Source: Fonticula alba ATCC 38817 (lineage: Eukaryota; Protista; Nucleariida). Taken from it: a stretch of 33,401 nt of DNA. The stretch's first letter is position 1. Every line of letters starts with the position of its first letter. The notes below the pieces were generated by a model. It was given only the letters and a program-made list of their open reading frames with translations. It did not search any database and was not told the DNA's origin. The position numbers were made by a program, and so were the translations under genes. Below are positions 10,927-20,919 of this stretch, in pieces. The DNA lies in assembly GCA_000388065.2 (NCBI GenBank), contig KB932212.1. One strand, 5' to 3'.

Positions 10927-12493
10927 ATGTCTCTGCTCAGCCGCGCCCAGGCCTTCGGCCTGTCCTCCGTCGCCCGGCTCGCCGCCGCGCGCTCTGTACG
11001 TGTTCCCGCCAGCGCGCCGTCCACGGCCGCTGGCCGACATCCCCCCCCCCCCCCCCNNNNNNNNNNCCCCCCCCCCCCCCCCGCCGCGCGTGCGCTGCTC
11101 CTCCACCGGGCGCCCTCGCTCGCCCCGCCGGCCGGGCCGTGACGCGATGCAGTTCTCCTCCGCCGCTGCCGCCATCACCCCGAACCCCAGCATCACCTCC
11201 TCCGGTGTCGTCATCGCCGACTCCAACCTGCTGGTCAAGGATGAGGCCGCCGTCTTCGACAACCCGGAGCTGGCCCACATCGAGAACCGCGAGACCGTCC
11301 GCCTGAACCTCTTCCAGTCGGTCAACAACGCCCTGTCCACCGCCCTGGAGACCGACGAGTCGGCCATCATCTTCGGCGAGGACGTCCAGTTCGGCGGTGT
11401 CTTCCGCTGCACCATCGACCTGGCTGACAAGTTCGGTGCGTCCTCCCCCCCCCTCCCTTGGCCGCTGTCGGGGCTGCCGTCCCCTGCCCCTGCCTCCGCG
11501 GCTCCCCCGCGCCCCACCTCCGCCCTCCCTCTCTCGCGCTCGCCTCTTCTGCTAACACGCGCCACCGCGGCTCCCGTGCCCGCCCGGGGTCCCCTCAGGC
11601 AAGGACCGTGTCTTCAACACCCCCCTCTGTGAGCAGGGTATCGCCGGCTTCGGTATCGGTGCCGCCGCCATGGGTGCCACCGCCATCGCCGAGATCCAGT
11701 TCGCCGATTACATCTTCCCCGCCTTCGACCAGGTGCGCTCCAGCCGGCCGGCCGGCCGGCTTGCCTCCCTCCCCCTCCCCTTCGGCCGATGCCCCGCCAT
11801 CGGCGGCCGCCTCGCTGCCCCCCCCCCCGCCAGGGCTCCCGTGCTCACATGTGTCTGCCTCCTTCCCCCCCTCCCCCCCCCACGCGCCCTTTTCCCCGCC
11901 CTGCGCGCCCTCCCCAGCTCGTCAACGAGGCCGCCAAGTACCGCTACCGCTCCGGTGGCATGTTCGACGTCGGTGGCCTGACCGTGCGCACCCCCTGCGG
12001 TGCCATCGGCCACGGTGGCCACTACCACTCCCAGTCGCCGGAGGCCTTCTTCACCCACTGCGCCGGTATCAAGGTTGTCATGCCTCGCAGCCCCATCCAG
12101 ACCAAGGGTCTCCTGCTGGCTGCCATCCGTGACAAGAACCCGGTTGTCTTCCTGGAGCCCAAGCTCCTGTACCGCGCGGCCGTCGAGCCGGTCCCGGTGG
12201 CCGACTACGAGCTCCCCCTCGGCAAGGCCGAGGTCCTGCGCAAGGGCAAGGATGTCACCGTCGTCGGCTGGGGCTCCCAGATGTACGTGCTCGAGGCGGC
12301 CGCCGACATGGCCCGCGAGCAGCTCGGTGTCGAGGTCGAGCTCATCGATCTGCGCACCATCTCCCCCTGGGACGTGGACACCATCGAGGCGTCCGTCAAC
12401 AAGACCGGCCGTCTGATCGTCTCGCACGAGGCCCCGCTCACCAGCGGCTTCGCCGCCGAGATCTCCTCCACCATCCTGGAGCGCTGGTATGTG

Positions 12494-12528
<35 letters not shown>

Positions 12529-12816
12529 CTCTGTCTCCCCCGCCCGCTCGGCTGTGTTGTGGCGCCGTGCCTTTTGCGTCTGCCGTGTGCCTCCCCTGAC
12601 CCGGTGTCCTTGTCTTGCTGCCCGTCCCCCCCCCTCTCCTTCTGCCTCCTTTCGCGGGATGCCGCGCGCGCGATGTCGGCCAGCTTCCTGCGCCTCGAGG
12701 CCCCGATCCAGCGTGTCTGCGGCTGGGACACCCCCTTCCCGCTCATCTTCGAGCCCTACTACGTCCCGGACAAGCTCCGCAACTTCGAGGCCATCAAGAA
12801 GGTCATGGACTTCTAA
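10927..12816 (+). CDS. BCKDHB: Branched-chain 2-oxoacid dehydrogenase E1 beta subunit, mitochondrial
   Basis: Exons 10927-10995, 11153-11435, 11599-11732, 11918-12486, 12684-12816 (395 aa). Motifs [79 protein letters not shown]. The N-terminus is Arg/Ser/Ala-rich with no acidic residues, like a presequence. A 10-N gap lies in intron 1. Confidence 0.97.
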
Positions 12817-13586
12817 GCACGCGCGAACGTCAGCGCAGTTGCGCGCCCCGCCCCCCCTCCCCCCATCTTCCCTTCTCTTTTCCCCCTTCGTTTTATGCGT
12901 CGCGCCTCCTCCTTCACACCCCCCCCCCCGTGTACCAATTACTACATGCACACTCGCACATACACACGTACATGGTCTTTCTTCCCTCTCGCCCCCTTTC
13001 CCCTCTCTCTTTATTTCAGTGTGTGGGGGGGGGGCATACACACATGCGCTTCCACGGATCTACGTGCACGCCTGTACAGCAGCAGGGCGGGGCTCGCCTT
13101 TCCGTCAGCCGGGACAGGCTCCGGGGCCCGAGGTGTGGGCCCGCAGGGGCCGGCCGGCCGGCCAAAGCCGTGCGGCGGTGCCCAGCGCCAGGGGAGCCGC
13201 GGCCCATCTCATGCTTGCTGTCGCCGCCGCCGCCGCCGCCGCCGCCGCTCTCCCCGCACGCGCGTCTGCCACTCTCACTTGCCGTGGCCCGGGGCCTTTC
13301 CAGAAGCCGGAGACCCTGGAGCGAGCGGCCACCCGCACGGGGACCGGGCCAGCGAGCACCGCACGCAGCCAGGGGCGGTGGGGGCGGAGCCAGAGGTGCA
13401 TGAAGAAGAGGCCGAGAAAGGCCCACACGCCGGGCGGCCGGGGCTACGGGGCGGAGGGCGCAGCACAGGCTCGGCAGGGTGGGGCGGGCCGGCGGTCAGT
13501 TGGCACTAGGCGCCCTGCCGGCGGGCGCACCCGTGGTGCTCGGAAAACACCATTCACTGGGACCTAGGGGGTCAGGCTTCCGGCGG

Positions 13587-13803
13587 NNNNNNNNNNNNNN
13601 NNNNNNNNNNNNNNNNNNNNNNNNNNNNNNNNNNNNNNNNNNNNNNNNNNNNNNNNNNNNNNNNNNNNNNNNNNNNNNNNNNNNNNNNNNNNNNNNNNNN
13701 NNNNNNNNNNNNNNNNNNNNNNNNNNNNNNNNNNNNNNNNNNNNNNNNNNNNNNNNNNNNNNNNNNNNNNNNNNNNNNNNNNNNNNNNNNNNNNNNNNNN
13801 NNN
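13587..13803. other. Assembly gap (217 N)
   Basis: Run of N. Confidence 1.
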
Positions 13804-13863
13804 TGGCTGTCGCAGCATCCGGATAATGTGATCGCTGCCCACTGCAAGGCCGGCAAGCTTCGG
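13804..13863 (+). other. Orphan PTEN-type phosphatase P-loop fragment directly after an assembly gap
   Basis: The first bases after the Ns translate as WLSQHPDNVIAAHCKAGKLR (compare PTEN [20 protein letters not shown]). Similarity stops after the Arg and no GT donor follows. Confidence 0.55.
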
Positions 13864-14113
13864 GAAAACATACGCCCCCCAGGCCCGCGAGGACAACAGA
13901 GACGCCAGCAACTTCCCCCCCCCCCCCCCTCGCCCCCCGACCCCACTCCCGACGCATCCCATGTGCAAGGCTCTTCCATTACCGCCCTGCGCCCCGCCCC
14001 GGGTCTCAGTCGATATTTCCCCGATCTTGCCCACCACCCCGCCCGATCTCAGGTGTTCCCTGCCCCCCCCCCCCCCTTCCTGCCCCCTACATTTGCCTCC
14101 TCGCAAGGTACCC

Positions 14114-15874
14114 ATGTTTTCGACGCAGCCCCACTGTTGCTCGCGATCGCTCCACACCGGCGCCCACTGCGCGGAGCCCGACGCGACGGACCCGACGAGC
14201 GCTTGCGCCGACGGCCGGCCCTACTTCATCGTGAGCCCGCCGGCCGCGGCCGCCACGATTCCCGGCTTCCGGGCTCAAGATCTCCCGGACGCCCCGGCCG
14301 CCACGGCTTCCCAGGAGGACAACCCCCCGCCATTGGCCATGCGTTCGCCCGGGCAGCTGGGCATGCTGGACTTCCTCACCTACAAGGTGTCGCTCTCCTG
14401 GAACCACTTGCTGGTGGATGTGCTTGGCTCGCCGCTCGGGCTGTCCTGGTATGCCGCCTGTGCCGACACTTTGCCTCCTCTGGTGGCTTCTCGCTCTCGC
14501 TCTCGCCCTCGCTCTCGCGCTCGTTCTCTGGCTGTTGCCCCTCCTCTGTCTTGGTCGCCCCCGGCCCGGCCCGATTCGCTCCTCCCCCCCCCTCTCTCTC
14601 TCTCTCTCTCTCGGTGCTCCGCCGTTGCCCTCTTACACACACATACACATGCGCACAATCCGTGCCCAGGTTCGACCAGGTGTACGAGGGCCTGCTACTC
14701 GGGGCCCTGCCCTCATCGGAGATCATCTCGGCCCTGGCCCAGTCGGGCTCCGACCAGCGCCTCTCGGCCGTCGTCAACATGTGCTCCGAGTTCAACCTCA
14801 ACTCCGAGGTGCGTATGGCGCGGGTGTTTGCCTGGACACTGCGCCGCCTGGCAGTTGCCGCGTGCCCCCTCCCCTGCGTCTGACACCGCCCGCCCGCCCG
14901 CCCGCCCGCCCGCCCGCTTGCCCTCCGGCGCTCCAGCTCTACGACAAGCTGGACCTGCCGCAGCTCCGCCTACCGACGCTGGACTTTTCCGTCCCCTCGA
15001 TCCCGGCCCTATGCGCCGGGGTGGCCTTCCTCTCGCGCTGGCTCACGCCGTCCGAGGATAACCCCCGGCCGACGGTCTATGTCCACTGCAAGGTGCGTGG
15101 TCTTGGGGTCGCTCCTCGGGCCGGGGCCCATCGCCCTTGGCCTGCCCCATTGCCCCTGGCTGTTCTTTGGATGCCCATTTTGGCCGACGACTAACACCGG
15201 GCTGCTCTGCTCGCCGTCTGCGCAAATGGCAGGCCGGTCGCGGGAGATCCGCCGCCCTGGTGGTTCTGTATGTGGCGTGGCGACTGTTCCTGGAGCACAA
15301 CCGGGCCATCCTCCCGGAGCCGGTCCAGGTCGGCATCCCCTCGCCAGCTCCGGCCGCCGGTGCCGGGTCCCCCGCCCCGAACTCCGAGGCCGCCACCACC
15401 CCTGATACGGCCATCGCCCCGGACACGGCCAGTGCCCCGGCGGTCGCCACGGGCGTCGACGAGCCCACCGACGACGAGGATGTCCACAACACCGGGCAGG
15501 GCTCGCAGGCAACCGCCGCCGACCACATGCCGGCAGCCATCCCGAGCACGGGGACACCCGCCGGGGATGCGGTCGCTGCCGGGCCTGACAGCACGCACGG
15601 GACGTCCGAGCTCCAGGCCCCCCCCGCCGGGCACTCCGACACCGGGACCGATGATCTGATCATCCGCGCGTGCAGCCACTTCCTGGAGGCAGCCCTGGAG
15701 ATGGTTCTCGAGAAGCGCAAGCAGATCAATGTGGATCTCGCCACCAGGCATGAGATCCGCTCGGCCATGTACTCCCTGGTGCGGCACTTGTGCACCGAGC
15801 ACGGGCTCGATGCCCGCCTCATCGCCCCCCGGCCGCGGGAGGAACCGGCCGTCCCCGCCGCGGCCGCCGACTAG
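14114..15874 (+). CDS. PTPMT1: PTPMT1-like dual-specificity / phosphatidylglycerophosphate phosphatase
   Basis: Exons (start uncertain: 14114, 14339 or 13961)-14448, 14670-14808, 14937-15092, 15233-15874. WFDQVYEGLLLGALP, VVNMCSEF, QLRLPTLDFSVPS, VYVHCK|AGRGRSA (CX5R intact), AALEMVLEKRKQI. Branch point CTAAC at 15191. Confidence 0.8.
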
Positions 15875-16571
15875 CTCTCCTGAGCCGCGTGGCCAATCGC
15901 TGCTGACAGCGGCCGCCCCGCTGCCCCTCCCCCCCCCTCTTCTCCGGCCGAAGGGCGGGTTGTTGTTGTTGCAGCTCTGCCAGGGCCCTCCTCAGGTCCG
16001 GGTAGCACATCCCCCCCCCCCCCCTCCCCCCCCCCCCCCCCACCACCAACCCAAAAAAAAACACACCCCACACGCGAAAGACCCGGCTTCCTGCCGGTGT
16101 GTTTTTGCCCCCTTCGGACAGACGCACACGCGTCCAGAGGGGGGGGGGGAGGGGGAGGGAGGAGAAGACAAAGGGCAAGCGGAGGGGCACGCGAATCTAC
16201 AAGGGAGAAGGAGGGGAGGGGGGATGCTGCGACAAGGGGCTGCCGGGTGGGGCAAGGTCGAGGAGGGGGGCGCCGCCGGCAGAAGGGGGGAGGGCCGAAG
16301 CCCACGCACGTGCGCGCGTACTGCTGCCGGCGCACCGCCCTCGGCTTGCCCTGGCCGTCGCGCCTCTCGCGGCGATGTGAAGATGGCAGCCGAGGAAAGG
16401 ACGCAGACCCCGGCGCCTGACTCTTGTTCGCTCTTTCTTTCCCCCCCCCCCCCTCCCCGGCCCTGGCGTTGGGGGAGGGAAAGGGGCGGCCCGGCGGCGG
16501 CGATTGTGCGGCTGCTGCCGCGCCGCCGTTGCCGCTGCCACTGCCGCCGCCGCCGCCGCCACCACCACCAT

Positions 16572-18865
16572 CTAGGAAGCCTCGGCCGAGGCGGAGGAAT
16601 CATTGAACACAATGAAGGCCATGAAGGCCAGGAAGGCCACGGCCAGCGCGATCATGGCCGGGGAGGTGGGCGAGCCGGCGGCCTTCGGGGGGATCTCCCG
16701 CGCGGCGGCCTTGGCCGCGGTGCCGGGACTGCTCGGCGCCTTGCCCGAGGATCGGGGAGCGCCGGAGGTGACCACGGCCGACTGGGACACGGTCTCCACA
16801 TCGAGCGGCGACAGGCCGGCCACGATGTCCCGAGCCAGGGGCATCTTCCCGGCACGCATGAGCACCGAGCAGTGGGCCGCCAGGTCCGGATGGTTGAGAG
16901 TCAGGACCGAGCAGACGACATCATCATCGCGCGGCCCCGGGCCGACGTCCGCCGGCACCCCCAGGCCCAGGGCGAAGGTGTACAGCGCATAGGCCGGGCC
17001 CTTGGTCTTGCTCGGGGGCAGGGTGACCAGGTGCTGGCGCGGGGCCGCCCCATCGGCCGGGACCAGGGACCCGGCGCTCTGGATGGTCAGGCGGAACTGG
17101 TCGGTCCAGAAGAAGGGCACCGAGTCGAAGATGGCCCCCGGCTCGTTGAGCATGGACCGGGCCGCCACGCGGGCCTGCTGCTGGGCCACGGCCCAGTGCT
17201 CGATGCGCACGCGAGCCACCTGGCCCGAGGTGGCCGGGTCCTCCAGCAGAGCCTGGCTCTGGCGGACGCCCTCCGGCCCGAGATGCGGGTTCAGATAGGG
17301 GAAGGTGGCCAGGTCGCCGGCGGCCCAAATGCGCCCCTCAAAGCCGGACACCCGCATGGACGCGTCCACCGGGATCGACTGGTCCGGCAGCAGGGGCAGG
17401 GCCCCGGCCGCGAAGCTGGTCGCCGGGATGACCCCGATGGCGATGACAAAGAAGTCGGCCTGCAGCTCGCGCGTCGGCTGCTGCTCCGAGCCGTCCTCCG
17501 GGTTGGCCACCGAGAAGGAGATGGAATTGATGCGCGACCCGTCGGGGGTCACGTCGAACCCGTGCACCCGGGCATCGGTGATCAGGTCGATGCCCTGGTC
17601 CAGCTGCGCGCGCTTCACCTCGGCGGAGATGGCCGACCCGGTGATGCGGGCCAGGGGCTCCGACTCGCTGCAGAGCATGGTAATGGACCCGACGGACTTC
17701 TTCAGCATGGCGGCCGTCTCGAGGCCGATGAACCCGGCGCCGACGATGACCACGCGGGCGGTGCTCAGGTCGGTGACTGTGCATGGGCGCGCGGGTGATG
17801 GGCGGGGGGGGNNNNNNNNNNNNNNNNNNNNNNNNNNNNNNNNNNNNNNNNNNNNNNNNNNNNNNNNNNNNNNNNNNNNNNNNNNNNNNNNNNNNNNNNN
17901 NNNNNNNNNNNNNNNNNNNNNNNNNNNNNNNNNNNNNNNNNNNNNNNNNNNNNNNNNNNNNNNNNNNNNNNNNNNNNNNNNNNNNNNNNNNNNNNNNNNN
18001 NNNNNNNNNNNNNNNNNNNNNNNNNNNNNNNNNNNNNNNNNNNNNNNNNNNNNNNNNNNNNNNNNNNNNNNGGAGGCGAGCGGGGGTGGGGGGGGCGGGG
18101 AGGGGGAGACGGCAGAAGGAGGGCGCCACAGAGGGGCCAAAAGGTGGAGGGGAGGGGGGGGGGGCGCGCACCGTCCAGCAGACGGTCAATGTCGGCCAGA
18201 GTGCGGATGGGAGCCATGTTCCGGGCGTCGGCGGTGGCGGGCCACACATTCCGGGGATTGGCACCGGAGCAAACCAGCAGCTGGTCAAACTCGAAGTGCT
18301 GGCCGGCGGCGGTGGTGACGAAGTTGTCGGTGGTGTTGATGGAGGCCACCGGGTCGCCGAGATGCAGCTCGACATTGATGGACTCGTAGTAGTCCCGGTC
18401 GCGGAGCATGATGCCGCCATCGACGATGGACTTGTCCGAGGGCTTCTTCAGCTGCTTGGACAGCTGGATGCGATCGATCGGCTGGTGCGGCTCGGCCGAG
18501 ATCATGACGATGCGCCCGTCGAAGCCAGACACGCGGAGCTCCTCGGCGGCCGTGGCACCGGAAGCGCCGCCGCCCTGGTGTGCGAGGGTGGGTGCATGGG
18601 CACGCGCGCATGTGAGCGAGGGGGCCGGCAGGAGGCGGCCGTGGTTTGGGAACGCGGGCCGAGAGAAAAAAAAAGGGAAAAGCCAAAGAAGCGGCGCGGC
18701 CGGGGGGAGCCCCACGGCACAGGGGAGGGAGGAGGCAAGACCCAGAGGGGGCATGCGGCACGCACCACAATGACGATGGTCGGCCGAGTGGAGGCCGGGG
18801 GGGCGCACTTGATGACGCGGGCGCGGCGGTCTACGGTCGGGAGCCATCAGGCAGGCGGCCGCACG

Positions 18866-18902
<37 letters not shown>

Positions 18903-19482
18903 GGGGAGGGAAAGGGTGAGCATAGCCGCCGCGAGGGCGGGAGGCGAATGGAGGCCACACCGGCACGTACTGCGCGCCAGCTTCTCGTGGGTGGTGAAAA
19001 CAATGACATCCTCCCCCTCAATGACCACCGAGTGCGTGACCAGGCCGTCCATGGTCGGCATGTCCTCGATGTCGCCGGTGTCCAGACGGAAGCAGGCGCC
19101 ATGCGCCGGGCAGGTGATGGTCCCGTCCTCGGAGATGATGCCGTCCTTCAGGTTGACGCGCTTGTGCGGGCACAGGTGCGAGGTGACATAGTAGCGGCCC
19201 TTCACGCGGGACAGGAGGACCGGCTTGTCGGCCACGCGGATTTGCTTGCTGTGTGCGCGGGCGAAGGCGGCGAGGGGTCAGCCGAGGGCGGGATACACAG
19301 TCGGCCGGAGGCGGCAGGGCGATGCGAGGGTGCGGTTGCCGTCCCAGGGGAGAAGGGCAGGGGCGAGGGGTGATCGGTCGGGGTCTCGACGTCCGACGGG
19401 GGGGGGGGGGGGCGTACATCTCGCCATCCTTCAGATCGTGGATGGAGGCAACACGCTCGCGGACGGGGCCGGAGACGGTCAT
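16572..19482 (-). CDS. AIFM3: AIFM3/AIFL-like Rieske [2Fe-2S] + FAD/NAD(P)H oxidoreductase fusion with a C-terminal TM segment
   Basis: Exons 19482-19418, 19248-18971, 18830-18766, 18574-18172, 17776-16572 (671 aa). Rieske ligands CPH...CPAH; FAD motif IVIVGGGASG; NAD motif VVIVGAGFIGLE; WAAGD; RIEHW; VPFFWTDQF. The N gap at 17812-18071 falls in intron 4. Confidence 0.88.
17812..18071. other. Assembly gap (260 N)
   Basis: Run of N next to a G-run, inside an intron. Confidence 1.
18867..18899. repeat. G33 homopolymer (C33 on the sense strand) in AIFM3-like intron 2
   Basis: Read directly from the sequence. Confidence 0.95.
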
Positions 19483-20843
19483 GGCGGTCTGCAGGGGGGG
19501 AGGGGGGGGGAGGGGGGGACAAACGGGCACCGGGACCGGGCTCGTGGGGGAGGGCGAGGGGAGGAGGCGATGGGGCGGGGAGGGGTGTGTGTGATCTGCC
19601 GGGCCCGGCTGGGGCGGGCGGCTGGGCAGCCGAAAATCCCGCCCAGGGAGGCATCCTGCCGCCGCCGCCGCCACCGCCGCCGCGCCCCCGACCGGCCTGG
19701 GGTTTCCGATTCCCATCGGCGCGGGGCAGGACGGGGGACGCCCGGGTGTGGCCCTGTGCATGGGGCCGGGGACCGGGGGCCGGGGGCCGGGGGGCTTCCC
19801 TGTTGCGGTTCGGCCGGGACCCGGGAGCTGTGGCGCCGACCAGGCGGATCTGCGGGCCGGCCAACGGACGAGCACGCCCCGGACTTCACACTCGGCTCCA
19901 ATGGATGGCGCGCCGCCCCGGCCGCAGGGGGATGGGGAAACAGGGGGGCGAGCGGCCGACGCAGGCCCCCGCGACAGGGCGCCGGCCGGGTCCCTCTCGT
20001 CGCCCGTGCGGGGAGGCCCACCCCCCCCCGTTGCCCGTCGTGCATGTGGGGCCCGAGAAAATGAGTGGGGTCGCGGGCCATCAAGAGCCCCGCCGGAGGG
20101 ACAGATGACGACGCCCCTTTTCCTCGGGCTTGCCTGCCCTGGCCGCGTCTTCCGGCGCATCCCGGTTGGGGGGGGGGGGGGCGGGGCAGCGAGCGCGGCC
20201 GGCATGCGCGCCCCAATCTCGCCGCAAGTCGCCCTGCGCCCTGCGCCCCCAACTTTCCGCCGGAGTCCCTCTGCCGCAGGCGCGCCGCCCCACAGGAGCC
20301 GGCGCGGGTACGCACACCGCGAGCCCGGCAGGGAGCGGGGCGCGCCCCCGCCGGATACGCATGCGTCCGTATGCGTCGGCGTGAATGTGGGCGAGCCGGC
20401 GCGCCGGAACGCACCCGGGACACGCGGCGGCCGAGGGCCGATCAGGCCCGCCCGCCCTGCTCCGGCCGGGCCGCAGGCCCCAGGTCATCCCTCATCCGGG
20501 CGGGCGCGATGATTCACCGTCGGCAGGGTGCGCGCGCGTCGGCGCAGGGTGCCAGCGGGCAAGCACCGCACGCACGTGAGGGGTTCACGTGCGGAGGCAT
20601 GCCCCTCGTGATGGCCATGTCAGCCCATCACCTGCGAGGGCGACGTGCGCACATCCCCCCCGGCCCTCGAAAAGCGCCGCCATTTTTCTTGTGTTCAGTT
20701 GGACGATCGCTCCCCGCGTCCAAGGAGGGAGAGCCCTTCCCTGGCGGCCCCCCCCCCCTTTGGGGAGGAATCCGCGGACATGCGGGAAAAATGAACAAAT
20801 AAAATGGCGGCGGCCCCGGACGTGCGGCTTTGTCTATGGGGCA

Positions 20844-20849
20844 TTTATT
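20844..20849 (-). promoter_or_regulatory. Putative polyadenylation signal AATAAA of TRIP4
   Basis: TTTATT on the + strand, about 70 nt downstream of the TRIP4 stop at 20920. Confidence 0.5.
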
Positions 20850-20919
20850 GGTGTGTGTGCGCGGTGATTTCCTCCCCCCCGCCTATGGTGTGGCGGGGAG
20901 AGGGGACGCAGGTCCTTGT

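Noticed and set aside
13000-13586. Possible gene between BCKDHB and the gap
   Set aside because: No coding-like codon pattern, recognisable motif or consistent splice signals.
13828-14883. 351-aa ORF beginning IAAHCKAGK taken as a complete phosphatase
   Set aside because: Only the first residues resemble a phosphatase. The rest is off-frame to the PTPMT1 exon and reads through an intron.
20798-20803. + strand AATAAA
   Set aside because: No + strand gene ends here. It sits in the AT-rich 3' region of TRIP4.
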